Assembly (NCBI GenBank): GCA_964016885.1
Contig: OZ024753.1
Coordinates: forward strand, 38,812,001-38,876,000
Direction of reading: 5' to 3'
Length of the DNA: 64,000 nucleotides
Origin: Eledone cirrhosa
Lineage: Eukaryota
Part shown: one piece after another, positions 1-14,317 of the stretch
How the letters are laid out: each line of letters starts with the position of its first letter
How positions within the stretch are numbered: position 1 is the first letter of the stretch
Program-made: the position numbers and the translations under genes
The notes under the pieces: generated by a model
The model's database searches: none
What the model was told of the DNA's origin: nothing
Seen by the model: only the letters and a program-made list of their open reading frames with translations

Positions 1-639
1 AGTTAGGCTTACTGGGATTTGAACTCAGAGCGTAGATAACCGGAACGAATTCCCGAAAGCATTCCAATCGACTTTCTAACGAACATGTCACTTCTCTGCC
101 TTGTGCCTATAGAAATTAATAAAATATGCATCCTGATTGCAAAGCAAGGGTTTTGATCATTATAATTTCGCTGATTGCGATTGATCATGTAAAAAGTATT
201 GATATTTGAATATCCATTCGATTTGACATGTAAATGTAATAAATAATTTATAAGTGTAATCAAGGGAAGTAAGCATGGATGACTGATTTGTTAAAGTAAC
301 CGAGTAACCATACCGTGAGTTGACGGTCCGCCTACAATGCTCATTTCTCTCGTATTTCCAAGGTCAGACACATCACGACCATCCAGTAAAAAAGCACCTT
401 TACCTAGCTGCAAATAATCTCATTAAATTACAACATAACCATCTAAAAATGCATTGCGGGACTAGATATAGTTTATCAGAAGAAAATGATGGAGCGGTAA
501 CGAATTAAATGTCTTTAATCATACGTCTGCTGAGTTAAAGCAGATCTGTGGTTAAAGATGGTGGGTTCGAAACCAACACCAGATAATGTGTGTAATGTGT
601 AATGTTCTTGAGCAAAATACTTAATTTCACGTTGCTTTT

Positions 640-1220
640 CATGACAAGACTGAGCCCGCTAGTATTAAAGCAACTGAATAACCTCAAATATGATGCAAAC
701 TTATAGGAAGCTAGCTAAACCTACTAAGATGTGAGCTGTAACAACGACAACAACAACAACAAAACAACAACATATGTGCATACACACACATGTTGCTGTT
801 GTTGTTACAGCTCGCACCTATGCAGGTTTAGCTGGCCTCCTCCAAGGTATATCTCATTGGAGGTGTTTTGGGTGATTTAATGATAGGGACCCCAGTCCTA
901 TCATCCCATTTCTACAGCTGAGTAAACTGAAGTAACGTGAAATAAAGTGTTTTGCTCAAGGAAACAGCACATCACCCGCATACACACACATGCACATACA
1001 TAAATGGTAACACTAGGGCCCTTATCATTAAAATACCCAAGAAATTTCGTAACATTCCTATGAGGTGTAATCTTATAGGAGGCCAGCTAAACCTGCAAAG
1101 GTGAGAACTGTAACAATATGATAGCTCTGTAGCCCTTATCATTAAAACACCCAAAGAAACCTCCTATGAGACACAGCCGCACAAATGACAAACTAAACCT
1201 ACAAAGTTCTGAACTGTAAA
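640..1220. repeat. Cluster of four ~90-bp related segments (three direct, one inverted)
   Basis: GCTAAACCT..GAACTGTAAC and CCCTTATCATTAAAA repeated. Confidence 0.65.
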
Positions 1221-1717
1221 TATACATTTTTATCATGTTTATTATCATTAAGACGTTAGATCTAGCAGTAATTTTTAGCGATCCATGCAACCACGTAGAG
1301 GATCCTTCCTTGTGTAAAATCTCCACACACACGAGGATATTGATCTAAGGTTTATCATTTTAATATGTTTGAACGGCGATGTTGCTCTCCCTTCAGCAGA
1401 ATAAAATTAACCTGTATTTTTACGGAGTTCTAAGGAAGACCAACAGTTTCCCAAATGCCGACACAGCTTGGCACCAGTGACATCGCAACACAACTCAGAA
1501 CCTAAAGATACTTTAACAATTCCGCCAATAAACCCCTCCCACTCTGGACTAATATATTATTTATCAATCCCGAAAAGACGAAAGGCAAAGTTGACTTCGG
1601 TTGGGTTTGAACTTAAAGTGCAGAGAACCGGAGTACTTAATTCGACCCTCTAATGAGTCTGCCAAAATGTCGCCTATCTCGCTTTCTCTAGATAGTGACA
1701 GATAGACGGTTAGATGG

Positions 1718-1813
<96 letters not shown>

Positions 1814-2559
1814 TAGAGATAAATAGATAGATAGATATATAAATAGATAGATAAACACATAGGTAGATAGGAGATATTTAGATATGCACCAAGATTGAAT
1901 GAGAGACAGAGAGAGAGAGAGAGAAAAAAGGGAGAGAGAGAGAAAAAGGGAAAGGGAGAGAGAGATAGAGATAGATAGATAGAGAGAGAGAGGGAGAGGG
2001 GGGCGGGGGGTAGAGATGGGTAGAAGCAAAAGAAGATGGAAAGTTTATTTGCTAGCTCACTGGGGTAGATAGATAAATTGATCGTTCAAAAATCATAAAA
2101 TATTTTTATTATTTTTATTATCGACGTAGTAGTAGTAGTAATAGTAGTAGTAGTGATGGTAGTAGTAGTAGTGGTGGTGGCTGTTGTAGCTGTTGTTGTT
2201 ATTACTGCTATTGCTGTTGTATTTGTTATTGGCTTGATAAAATATAAAAACCCTTATTTCTGTCCTCATGTATCTTTGACTGATAGTTAAAGCTTTTATA
2301 TCACTAACGCATATTTAAATATCTTTTGAAACTCATATTCTCTGGCTTTGCTTCAGCAATTTGAAGCCTGATCTAAAAAAGTTATAAATTCAACAAAGAA
2401 CTCATTTAAACAGATTGTTTGGGATTAAAATTTTTTTTTCTTTTAAAAAACCAATTTAATTACTATAAAAATGAACTAGAACGATGCTTTTTCCATGTAA
2501 TAAAGAACAGGAGGTGCTGGTGGTTGTGGTGGTGGTTGTTGGAGTGGTGGTAGTGGTTT

Positions 2560-2590
<31 letters not shown>

Positions 2591-2753
2591 GGTAATAATA
2601 ATAATATATAAACCCCCTAAAAATATTCTAAACTAAGTAAAACGAAATAATAACACAAAAAATACAGGAATTTGCCATCAGAGTCTTCTTTCTAGGTAAC
2701 GCTACGAAGAGATGCTTAAATTTCCTCTCCTCAAACCCACCCTCAACCCACCT

Positions 2754-2794
<41 letters not shown>

Positions 2795-2878
2795 TCTATC
2801 ACTCAATCATTCTCTTAGCTAACTCATTTACCCGTACCCTCTTACTATATAGCGTTCTCTCTCTCTCTCTCTCTCTCT

Positions 2879-3062
<184 letters not shown>

Positions 3063-3116
3063 CTGTCTCTCTTTCAGCTAAGTCCTCTACCCGTGCATTT
3101 ATCCTATATACCATGT

Positions 3117-3187
<71 letters not shown>

Positions 3188-3468
3188 CCATCTCCCTTTA
3201 ACTCCCTACCTCCCCCTCTCTTCCTCCACCTCCTCCCTCCCTCTCCACCATCACCACCATCACCACCATCCTCTCCATCAGCTAGCTCCGCTCGCTACCC
3301 GTGCTACTTGCTATGTTCGTCTGATGACCTACCCAAGTACAGGCGTGCTGATGGCAGTTTTAGCGGATGAAAATCCCCTTTAGGTCATTAACGATAATTC
3401 TTTGATCAGCCTCGTGCTCACACGGATCGCGGCAAGCAAGGCAAAGTAAAACTCGATGCTGTAATAGC

Positions 3469-3527
<59 letters not shown>

Positions 3528-3668
3528 TATGTGTGAGTATATGCTTGTGTGTGTGGGTATGCGTGTGTGTGTATGTCTGTGTGAGTGTGTATGTGTGAGT
3601 ATATGCTTGTGTGTGTGGGTATGCGTGTGTGTGTATGTCTGTGTGAGTGTGTATGTGTGAGTATATAC

Positions 3669-3709
<41 letters not shown>

Positions 3710-4860
3710 TCTATGTCTGTGTGAGTGTGTATGCTTGTGTGTGGGTATGTGTGTGTATATGTCTGTGTGAGTGTGTATGTATGAGTATTTGCTTGTGTGT
3801 GTGTGTGTGTGATTGTGTGTGTATATGTCTGTGTGAGTGTGTATGTGTGAGTATTTGCTTGTGTGTGTGTGTATGCGTGTGTGTATATGTCTGTGTGAGT
3901 ATATGCTTGTGTGTGTGTGTGTGTGTGTATGTGTGTGTGTGTATGTGTGTGTATGTCTGTGTGAGTGTGTATGCTTGTGTGTGGGTATGTGTGTGTATAT
4001 GTCTGTGTGAGTGTGTATGTGTGAGTGTGTATGTGTGAGTATATGCTTGTGTGTGTGTGTATGTGTGTATATGTCTGTGTGAGTGTGTATGTGTGAGTAT
4101 TTGCTTGTGTGTGTGCGTATGTGTGTGTGTATGTCGGTGTGAGTGTGTATGTGTGAGTATATACTTGTGTGTGTGTATGTATGTGTGAGTGTGTATATGT
4201 AAATATATGCTTGTGTGTGTATGTGTGATTGTGTGTGTATGTCTGTGTGAGTGTGTATGTGTGAGTATTTGCTTGTGTGTGTGTGTGTATGTGTGTTTGT
4301 ATGTCTGTGTGAGTATGTATGTGTGAGTATATGCTTGTGTGTGTGTGTATGTGTGTGTATGTCTGTGTGAGTGTGTATGTGTGAGTATATGCTTGTGTGT
4401 GTGTGTATGTGTGTTTGTATGTCTGTGTGAGTGTGTATGTGTAAGTATTTGCTTGTGTGTGTGTGATTGTGTGTTTGTATGTCTGTGTGAGTGTGTATGT
4501 GTGAGTATATACTTGTGTGTGTGTGTGTGAGAATATGCTTGTGTGTGCGTATGTGCGTTTGTCTGTCTGTGTGAGTGTGTATGTCTAAGCATATGCTTGT
4601 GTATGTGTGTATGTGTGTTTCTATGTCTGTGTGAGTGTGTATGTGTGAGTATATACTTGTGTGTGTGTATGTCTGTGTGTGAGTATGTGCCTCTGTGTAT
4701 GTGTGTGTATGTTTGTGTGTGAGCATGTGTGAGTATGTGCCTGTGTGTGTATGTGCGTGTGTGAGTATGTGCCTGTGTGTATGTATGTATGTGTGTGTAT
4801 GTTTGTGTGTGAGTATGTGCCTGTGTGTGTATGTATATGTATGTGTGTAGGTGTGAATAT
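3469..4860. repeat. (TG)-derived compound minisatellite
   Basis: Unit approximately ATGTCTGTGTGAGTGTGTATGTGTGAGTATATGCTT(GT)n. Confidence 0.95.
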
Positions 4861-4884
4861 GTTTGTAACGTTTTTGTTATTTGT

Positions 4885-5142
4885 TTATTTTATTTTATTT
4901 TATTTTATTTCATGTTATTTTATTTTATGTTATTTTATTTTATTTTATTTTATTTTATTTTACTTTATTTTATTTTATTTTATTTTGTTATTTTATTTTA
5001 TTTTATATTATTTTTTTTATTTTATTTTATTTTATTTTATGTTATTTTATTTTATTTTATATTATTTTTTTTTATTTTATTTTATTTTATTTTATGTTAT
5101 TTTATTTTATTTTATTTTATTTTATTTTATTTTATTTTATTT
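4885..5142. repeat. (TTTTA)n
   Basis: Direct reading. Confidence 0.95.
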
Positions 5143-5234
5143 CGTGAATGAAGCTTGATCGCTTCAAGTCTATGGCCCAGAACGGCATAGCAGAACGAGG
5201 GGTAAGAAGGATATAAAGTGTAAAAAAACAACTA

Positions 5235-5474
5235 CAACAACACCAACAACAACATCATCATCTTCGCCATCGTCATCATCATCACCGTCATCATCAACAT
5301 CATCATCATCTTATTCATCATCGTCATCATCATCATCATCATCTTATTCATCATCATCATCATCATTGTCACCATCAGCATCATCATCATCATCACCATC
5401 ACCATCATCACCATCATCATCATCATCATCATCAACAGCAACAGCGCAATCATCATCTTATTCATTATCATCAC

Positions 5475-5527
<53 letters not shown>

Positions 5528-5868
5528 ACAGCAACATTACAATCATCAACAACAGCATTCCCACCAATATCATCATCATCAACATCATCATGAACACCAT
5601 CACCATCATCATCATCATCATCATCATCATCGTCATCATCATCATCACCGCCAACATTGTCATCACCATCATCATTGTCATCGTCATCGTCATCATCATC
5701 ATCAATAACATCATCATCATTACCGTCAGCAACAGCAGCAACAACAACAGCAGTAACAACAACAACAACATCAAGAGAGAGTGTAGATGTAACCTGTCTT
5801 TCTAATGTCTCTTTCATCTGGTGCCCTTTTGGCAAATAAATCATCTTCTCCTCAGCCCCCCCGCCCCC

Positions 5869-5907
<39 letters not shown>
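5235..5907. repeat. (CAT)n/(CAA)n degenerate microsatellite
   Basis: Direct reading. Confidence 0.95.
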
Positions 5908-5908
<1 letters not shown>

Positions 5909-6242
5909 TAAGAGGTCGATAAAATAAAGTACCGATAACGCACTGGAGTGGATTTAATCGACTTTCCCCTCACCTAAAAATTGTTGTCCTTGTTCCTAAA
6001 TCAGAAGCCATTTTATTATTATTGGCAGCATCGGTAGAGCATCAGACAGTATGCTTTGCAGCTTAGAGTTACGGCCCTATACATGATGAGTCCCAAACCT
6101 CCGAGGTTAGCTTTGCTTTTCATCCTTGTGGGGGTCGATAAAATAAAATACCAGTCACGCACTGGGGTCGATTTAATCCACTTTCGCTTTCCCCCCAAAT
6201 TGTTGGCCTTGTGCCTAAACCAAACTATATTATTATTATTAC

Positions 6243-6298
<56 letters not shown>

Positions 6299-6779
6299 GG
6301 AGAGAGCGAGGGGGGAGAGAGCGAGAGAGAGAGAGAGAAAGCGAGGGAGAGAGAGAGAGCGAGAGAGAGAGAGAGAGAGAGAAAGCGAGGGAGAGAGGGT
6401 GGGGTAGTGGGAGAGTGTAAATAGTGATATATTAAAAAAATAAAATCATTGATTAGAAAGTTAAGAGTTAAAAACCCTCCCCACCCCAACTCAACACTGT
6501 AAACAACAACAAAACAAATTAAGACATAAATATATATAAATATAAAGGAGAGATGGAGAGATGGAGAGGAAGAAGAACTATATATATATATAGAGAGAGA
6601 GGGGAGAATTGGATAGAGAGAGGGTCGGAGAGGAATGTGGTTTAAAGTGAGAGTGAGAGAGAGAGGGAAGGAGAGAGAGAGAGAGAGAGAGTAAGATGTG
6701 AGGCGACAGAGGGGGAAAAGAGAGTGAGAAGGAGAGAGAATTGGAAGGAGAGAAAGAGAGAGAAGGAAGGAGAGATAGA

Positions 6780-7730
6780 CAAAGGGAAGGAGACAGTGAC
6801 ATAAGGAAGGAGAGATAGAGAAAGGAAAGAAGAGAGAATGGAAAGAAGAGAGAGAGGGAAAGGGAAGAAGAGAGAGAGAAATGGAAGAAGAGAGAGAGAA
6901 ATGGAAGAAGAGAGAGAGAAAGGAGAGATAGAGAAAGGAAAGGAGAGAGTGAGAGAGAGAAAGGGAAGAAGAGAGAGAGAAATGGAAGAAGAGAGAGAGA
7001 AATGGAAGAAGAGAGAGAGAAAGGAGAGATAGAGAAAGGAAAGGAGAGAGTGAGAGAGAGAAAGGGAAGAAGAGAGAGAGAAATGGAAGAAGAGAGAGAG
7101 AAATGGAAGAAGAGAGAGAGAAAGGAGAGATAGAGAAAGGAAAGGAGAGAGTGAGAGAGAGAAAGGGAAGAAGAGAGAGAGAAATGGAAGAAGAGAGAGA
7201 GAAAGGAGAGATAGAGAAAGGAAAGGAGAGAGTGAGAGAGAGGAAGGAGAGAGAGAGAGAGAGAACTGGAAGAAGAGAGAGAGAAATGGAAGAAGAGAGA
7301 GAGAAAGGAGAGATAGAGAAAGGAAAGGAGAGAGTGAGAGAAAGGAAAGGAGAGAGTGAGAGAGAGAACTGGAAGAAGACTGAAGGGGAAAGAATGTAGC
7401 TATGGTGCATAGTGGAAGGAAAAGAGTGATGATGCAGAGAGAATGAACGAGAAAGGATGAGGCGAGTGAGAACAGATGAGAGTTGGTGAGAGTGGGTGAG
7501 AGTTGGTGATAGTGGGTGAGAGTGGGTGAGAGTCGGTGAGAGTGGGAGAGTGTTGGAGAGGGTGGCAGAGTATGGGTGAGGGTGATAGTGGGTGAGAGTC
7601 GGCGAGAGTGGGAGAGTGTTGGAGAGGGTGGCAGAGTATGGGTGAGGGTGGGAGAGGGTTGGAGGAGGTAGTAGTGTGGGTGAGGGTGGGAGAGTGTGGG
7701 AGAGTATGGGTGAGAGTGGGTGAGGGAGAG
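6780..7730. repeat. Purine-rich minisatellites
   Basis: GAAATGGAAGAAGAGAGAGA and GAGAGTGGGT units. Confidence 0.9.
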
Positions 7731-7943
7731 AATATGGTTTTATAAAACAAAAAGGACACCATGCTAAGTGTGTTAATGAAATTGAAGAGGAAGGAATGAA
7801 AAAATGGATCTTTAAGAGTTATATCATGAAGAGGGGGAGAGAGGGAGAGAGGGGAGATAGAGCGATAGGGAGAGAGAGAGTGAATGAGGTGTTTAGTGTC
7901 ATATCAAGTAAAGAGAAGGGAAAGAGTTTGTTTAATGTTATGT

Positions 7944-7996
<53 letters not shown>

Positions 7997-7998
<2 letters not shown>

Positions 7999-8194
7999 CG
8001 AAGGAAATATGGTAAGGAACCAGGTGGACCATAACGCACCAAAGTACTCAATACTTAGGGTAGTAGAGTGGGTAATAGGAACGAGTAGGACCCCGACGGC
8101 TGAGCTCAAGCCGTTTCGACGGCTAATTCTGGATTCAGTCCAGAATTAGTCGTCGAAACGGCTTGAGCTCAGCCGTCGGGTCCTACTCGTTCCT
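7997..8194. mobile_element. Family A fold-back carrying the 3' half of a hammerhead
   Basis: GAAA-CGGC-TTGAGCTCA-GCCG-TC/GGG(G)TC on both arms; embedded in (TA)n. Confidence 0.75.
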
Positions 8195-8220
8195 ATATAT
8201 ATATATATATATATATAAAT

Positions 8221-8351
<131 letters not shown>

Positions 8352-8378
8352 CATATATATATATATATATATATATAA

Positions 8379-8439
<61 letters not shown>

Positions 8440-8457
8440 CATATATATATATATATA

Positions 8458-8533
<76 letters not shown>

Positions 8534-8535
8534 TT

Positions 8536-8570
<35 letters not shown>

Positions 8571-8571
8571 G

Positions 8572-8630
<59 letters not shown>

Positions 8631-8631
8631 G

Positions 8632-8674
<43 letters not shown>

Positions 8675-8812
8675 TTATATATATATATATATACATTTCG
8701 TTGACAAATATATCAATATGCCAAGACATGCATTGTATGGATGAAACACTGTTAGCTAATAAAACAATGTATTTCTAAGTACTCTTTGGTTATTCCTATA
8801 ACTATATATATA

Positions 8813-9498
8813 TAAATTGAAACAAAATGAAAACGAAATTTCATTTCTCACTCTTAGTATGGCACTTACTTAAATGTAAGTATGCATGTATACGTACATA
8901 CATATATGTATACAGACGTACAGTAGCATGCACACATATATATATATATACATATATATATACATATGCATACAGGTACACATACATATATGCACGTATC
9001 AGTTTAGCGGCGCTTATTATAACGTCGCTTTGTTCGTTTGTAAACAAACTGAACAGCCTGAATTTATGCCATACGGTGTTAAGGCAACCACGTCACCTTT
9101 TTGTTCAACACTGACACAGGAACGATGTACTAGTTTCAAGCTTGTTAGCTATCATCAGCACCGTATACCCATCTGCCAGATAGTTGAACGTTCGAAAGTA
9201 TATACTTTCCTTATGAAAATTAACGGCTGAGCAGCCTAATTTGCATATTGAGTGTGTTAAATCGGTCAGGCATACCGAAAACGATAAATTGAAACAAAAT
9301 GAAAACGAAATTTCATTTCTCACTCTTAGTATGGCACTTACTTAAATGTAAGTATGCATGTATACGTACATACATATATGTATACAGACGTACAGTAGCA
9401 TGCACATATATATATATATATACATATATATATACATATATATATACATATGCATACAGGTACACATACATATATGCACGTATCAGTTTAGCGACGCT

Positions 9499-9502
<4 letters not shown>
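8813..9502 (-). mobile_element. ~1.45 tandem copies of a 472-bp HHR-bearing unit (second retrozyme/pLTR-like family)
   Basis: TAAATTGAAACAAAATGAAAACG at 8813 and 9285 (period 472), with ~210 bp duplicated; flanked by (TA)n; contains the HHR at 9122-9164. Confidence 0.8.
9122..9164 (-). ncRNA. Type I hammerhead ribozyme
   Basis: Minus strand: ACGGTG-CTGATGA-TAGC-TAACAA-GCTT-GAAA-CTAG-TA/CATCGT; palindromic stem III ACTAGT. Confidence 0.88.
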
Positions 9503-9562
<60 letters not shown>

Positions 9563-9607
9563 GATATTAATAAATGGAAACTATATTTATAAAACCATAT
9601 TTATTTC

Positions 9608-9663
9608 ATTATACATATTTCAGGGATACCAAATTAAATTATGGTATGCCTTCATCAGACAAA
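9608..9663 (-). ncRNA. Hammerhead-like motif, family D (extra U before core)
   Basis: Minus strand: TTG-T-CTGATGA-AGGCATACCA..TGGTATCCCT-GAAA-TATG-TA/TAA. Confidence 0.6.
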
Positions 9664-9902
9664 ATACAATATATAACAGTTTTACAAATAAGCGTTGACG
9701 TACCCTATTAAAATACAACCATTATTACCACAGGTACTAAGTACCCCTGGAAATATATAGGGTGTCTATGGTACAGTTGTTGTTCTAAGGTATCAATTTG
9801 ACATACCAGAACTATAAAATTGGGATAAGCGGAGCAAGCAAGATTCAAACAATTTTTTAAAATAAATAAAAATATATAATTTAAATATTTACCTATTCCT
9901 TT

Positions 9903-9964
9903 TGCTTTTACTGACAGTTTCACCTCACAAAAGATTGGAGATTCGTTCAGTTTTTCAGAAAGCA
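9903..9964 (-). ncRNA. Degenerate type I hammerhead (G8->A)
   Basis: Minus strand: TGCTTT-CTGAAAA-(30-nt stem II region)-GAAA-CTGTCAG-TA/AAAGCA; 6-bp stem I. Confidence 0.55.
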
Positions 9965-9990
9965 TTTTCCCTACATAGGACGCTTATCTC

Positions 9991-10053
<63 letters not shown>

Positions 10054-10259
10054 TAAATTAGCGAGAATCGAATTTCAGCTCAGGAATTAACGAAAAACAC
10101 TTCCGATATATATATATATATATTTTATGTGTCTCTTGGGTTGAAAAGGAGGTCAAGTATGTTATAGATCAGTAAATAGTTGCTCCGAAGAATCCAAACC
10201 TCGGTTTGGAGGAAACAATTGTAAGCAAATAAATGACTTAAACTGAACTTTGATTATTG

Positions 10260-10374
<115 letters not shown>

Positions 10375-10729
10375 AAGAGAAAGAGAGAGAGAGAGAGAGA
10401 GATATGAGCATTTGTAAATTATATAAGGAATTCTAATTGAAGCACAAGGCCAGGAAAATTGTGGAGAGGAGAGGAAATGTGATTAAATCAACCTCAGTAT
10501 ATGACTGGTACTGTCTTATCGACCCTTCTACTCCCAGACTGAAAATTATATAACAATGTGTAGAGAACATCGATCAACAAGAAACCCTACAAAAACAATA
10601 CAATAAAATAAACAAAATAAAACAAACCAAGTAAGTCATGGAACTCCCACCTCTCTGTCGTCCACACATATTCTCTGTCTCTCTACTTCTATTTCTTTCT
10701 CTCCCCACCTGTCTCATCTTTACATACAC

Positions 10730-11145
10730 ACTATGTCTATCTGAGAGAACAAAGCTGTCTCCTGGACAGGACGCTAGCCCATCACAGGGTTTAATTCCCC
10801 AAACGTCTATTCTTCACACACTCTTTGTCTCTCTGAGAGTACAAAACTCTCTCCTGGTCAGGATCCTAGCCCATCACAGAGTTAACTCACCACCCGCCTC
10901 TTCTTCACATACACACTTTGTCAGTCAGAGAGTACCAAGCTCTCTTCTGGACAGGACGCTAGCCCATCGCAGGGTTAAACTCCTAGATATATTTTGGCAC
11001 TCATCCTCAGCTGAGCACTGTAGAGCAGCGTGAAACGAAATCTTTTGCTCAAGAATACAACACACCACTCAGTCCAGTCCAGGAATCGTACCTATGTTTT
11101 TATAGTCGTAAGTCCAACACTCTCACCACAAGGGTACCCGCCACC
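10730..11145 (-). mobile_element. SINE with triplicated ~92-bp tail segment
   Basis: CTGGACAGGACGCTAGCCCATC repeated three times; reverse tRNA-like head at ~11060-11145. Confidence 0.65.
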
Positions 11146-11323
11146 ACTCCTCGACATACACATATAATATACACCATTGGCCTTCTTCGAGAGTCCCTAC
11201 AGCTTAATTTTATGTCTTCCTCTCTTAATGTCTTTCGTTGTTTCTTTCGTCACATCTAATATGTCCTTCATTCTCACTCTCTTTCTCACTGCCTCTCTGT
11301 GTCTCCCACTCCCCCCTATCTAT

Positions 11324-11662
<339 letters not shown>

Positions 11663-11665
11663 TAA

Positions 11666-11696
<31 letters not shown>

Positions 11697-11742
11697 TCAA
11701 GTAAGTATGTTTTGAAACAGTGAGTGAGTTTGAAATTAGAAA

Positions 11743-11904
11743 ATATATAGCTTTCACCGTATTTTTAACTAAAGGAATTTTAGCTTGATAACGGGGTTTA
11801 GAACCCTCAGATAAATACGTCAATACTCATCTTTTTCCATTTATCTGAGGGTTCTAAACCCCGTTATCAAGCTAAAATTCCTTTAGTTAAAAATACGGTG
11901 AAAG

Positions 11905-11910
<6 letters not shown>
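11743..11910. repeat. Perfect ~72-bp inverted repeat with ~21-bp spacer
   Basis: ATATAGCTTTCACCG..CAGATAAAT / ATTTATCTG..CGGTGAAAGCTATAT. Confidence 0.9.
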
Positions 11911-11941
<31 letters not shown>

Positions 11942-12193
11942 TAACATTTATTATTACTCATGGTTAACTTTGCCTTTCATCCTTATGGGGTCGATAAAAT
12001 AAAGTACCAGTAATACACTGGATTATTGCTGACCTTGTGCCAAAAGTAGAAACAATTATTTATTATTATTACGGTCTAGTTCAAATCCTGCCGAGGTTAA
12101 CTTTGCCTTACATCCTTACGGGGTCGATAAAATAAAGTACCAGTAATACACTGGGATAATTGCTGGCCTTGTGCCAAAAGTAGAAACAATTAT

Positions 12194-12236
<43 letters not shown>

Positions 12237-12237
12237 C

Positions 12238-12309
<72 letters not shown>

Positions 12310-12627
12310 CTCACTTTATTATTTTAACCCCCATCCCCTCCGCTGTTAATTGATGAGGTTGAAGAGATACATAGCTCTCAGAAATATGTATACTATCAAA
12401 ATATTTTAATGATTTAAGCGGTACTAAACCATATACACGCACACACACACACACACTCAAATACATGTATATATGCATATATACACGTGTGTGTGTGTGT
12501 ATGTGTGTGTGTATATATATGTATATATATATTTATATAATATATATTTTGACAAACATACACACATACACACATACACACACATATGTACATATACACA
12601 TATATAATTAATATATAATATATAATG

Positions 12628-12701
<74 letters not shown>

Positions 12702-12856
12702 TTACACAGTAAACTGTCTTTGTTTTATATTTGTTTATATGGTTTTGTTTTTATTTTTAAAATTCTTTTTAATAGTTGACGACATAATCGGCAGTTTATG
12801 TCTTTGCTAATTGCAGAAGCTTTCTATAGCTGTTTCATGTATGTTTATGTGTGTGA

Positions 12857-12906
<50 letters not shown>

Positions 12907-13566
12907 GTATATGTGTGTAAATATGTTTATGTGAGTATATATATATATATATATGTGTGTGGTTGTATGTGTGTATATATGTATTTATGTGTGTATATAA
13001 GTATATGTATTTTTATGCGTGTATATATATATGTTTATATGTATATGTATATATATATATATATGTATATGTATGTTTATGTGTGTATATATATGTTTAT
13101 ATATATGTGTGTGTATATATGTATGTATATATATATGTATATATGTGTGTATTTATGTATATATGTGTAGATATGTGTGTATACGTATATATACGTGTGT
13201 GTGTGTATATATGTGTGTATTTATGTATATATGTGTAGATATGTGTGTATACGTATATATACGTGTGTGTGTATATATACGTGTGTATATATGTATGTTT
13301 AATAGTTAAAAGCAGCAGTAAAGAGGTAATAGGTTTGAAATTTATCCGTTTAAGTTTCTACAAAGAATCATATTCACTTAGTGCTTCTCACCTCCTCCTC
13401 TTTTTATTATCAATCCATGCGTTTATTGTTATCATTATGTTCAACCATCAGCACACATATACAGACACACATGTGAACACATGTGAATACACGCGAACAC
13501 ATACACGCACTCAGCCACACGCAAACTCAGCCACAAAAAAAAAAAAAAAAAAAAATATATGTATAT

Positions 13567-13850
13567 ACAATATATTAACAAATGGAAACTATATTTATAA
13601 AACAATATTTATTTTATTATACATATTTCAAGGGCCACCAAGGCAAATTATGGTGCACTTTCATCAGATAAAGCGCACCATAATTTCCCTTGGTGGCCCT
13701 TGAAATATGTATAATAAAATAAATATGGTTTTATAAATATAGTTTCCATTTGTTAATATATTGTATATTTACTCCACTAAACTGTTGAGTGCTTTATATC
13801 AGTTATAAAAATTGTTGAATCCGAACAAATTAAATATAACCTCTGCATAT
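13567..13850. mobile_element. Family D fold-back element with hammerhead motif (13615-13672, minus)
   Basis: Inverted arms 13567-13655 and 13676-13767; homologous to 9561-9705 and 31537-31975; CTGATGA...GAAATATGTA on the minus strand. Confidence 0.7.
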
Positions 13851-14012
13851 ATATATATATATATATTTATATACACGTTTCGATTTCCAGAAATATAAGA
13901 TGCATTGTAAATACAGATTCTATATGATATAATATGATATGATATGATATGATATATATATATAAAGCACCATCAACCATAGGCGGACATCTTTGTTTTT
14001 TATTTTTCTCAT

Positions 14013-14064
14013 GACAGGCTGAATGGATTGGGGCCCAGAACTCAACGAAACTTGAGTACCTGTT
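14013..14064 (+). ncRNA. Degenerate hammerhead-like motif
   Basis: GACAGG-CTGAATGG-ATTGGGGCCCAGAACTCAAC-GAAA-CTTGAG-TA/CCTGTT; stems I and III pair, 5' core imperfect. Confidence 0.45.
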
Positions 14065-14089
14065 TATGTCTCTGTTGTAATTATATATA

Positions 14090-14163
<74 letters not shown>

Positions 14164-14256
14164 GAAGTAATTCCGTCGGAAAAGTCCAGGAAAAAAGAGT
14201 GCTCTATGTAGGTAACAGAGCTTAATAGTTATGTAATAAACAACATAAGGCAATTA

Positions 14257-14317
14257 TTTCATTTACCAGTGGTTTCTTAAAAGCCAAAAAATTTTGCTTT
14301 CAATCATCAGAATGAAA
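14257..14317 (-). ncRNA. Type I hammerhead ribozyme
   Basis: Minus strand: TTTCATT-CTGATGA-TTGAAAGC-loop-GCTTTTAA-GAAA-CCACTGG-TA/AATGAAA; 7-bp stem I, 8-bp stem II. Confidence 0.85.

Noticed and set aside
260-273. CAAGGGAAGTAA identical to part of the 310-bp unit
   Set aside because: 12-bp match without adjacent homology or a ribozyme core
3380-7410. Long ORFs of 448, 293 and 463 aa
   Set aside because: Translations of (CA)- and (CT)-rich minisatellites with no domain signal; the same applies to all YI/HT/SL/CV-repeat ORFs in the track
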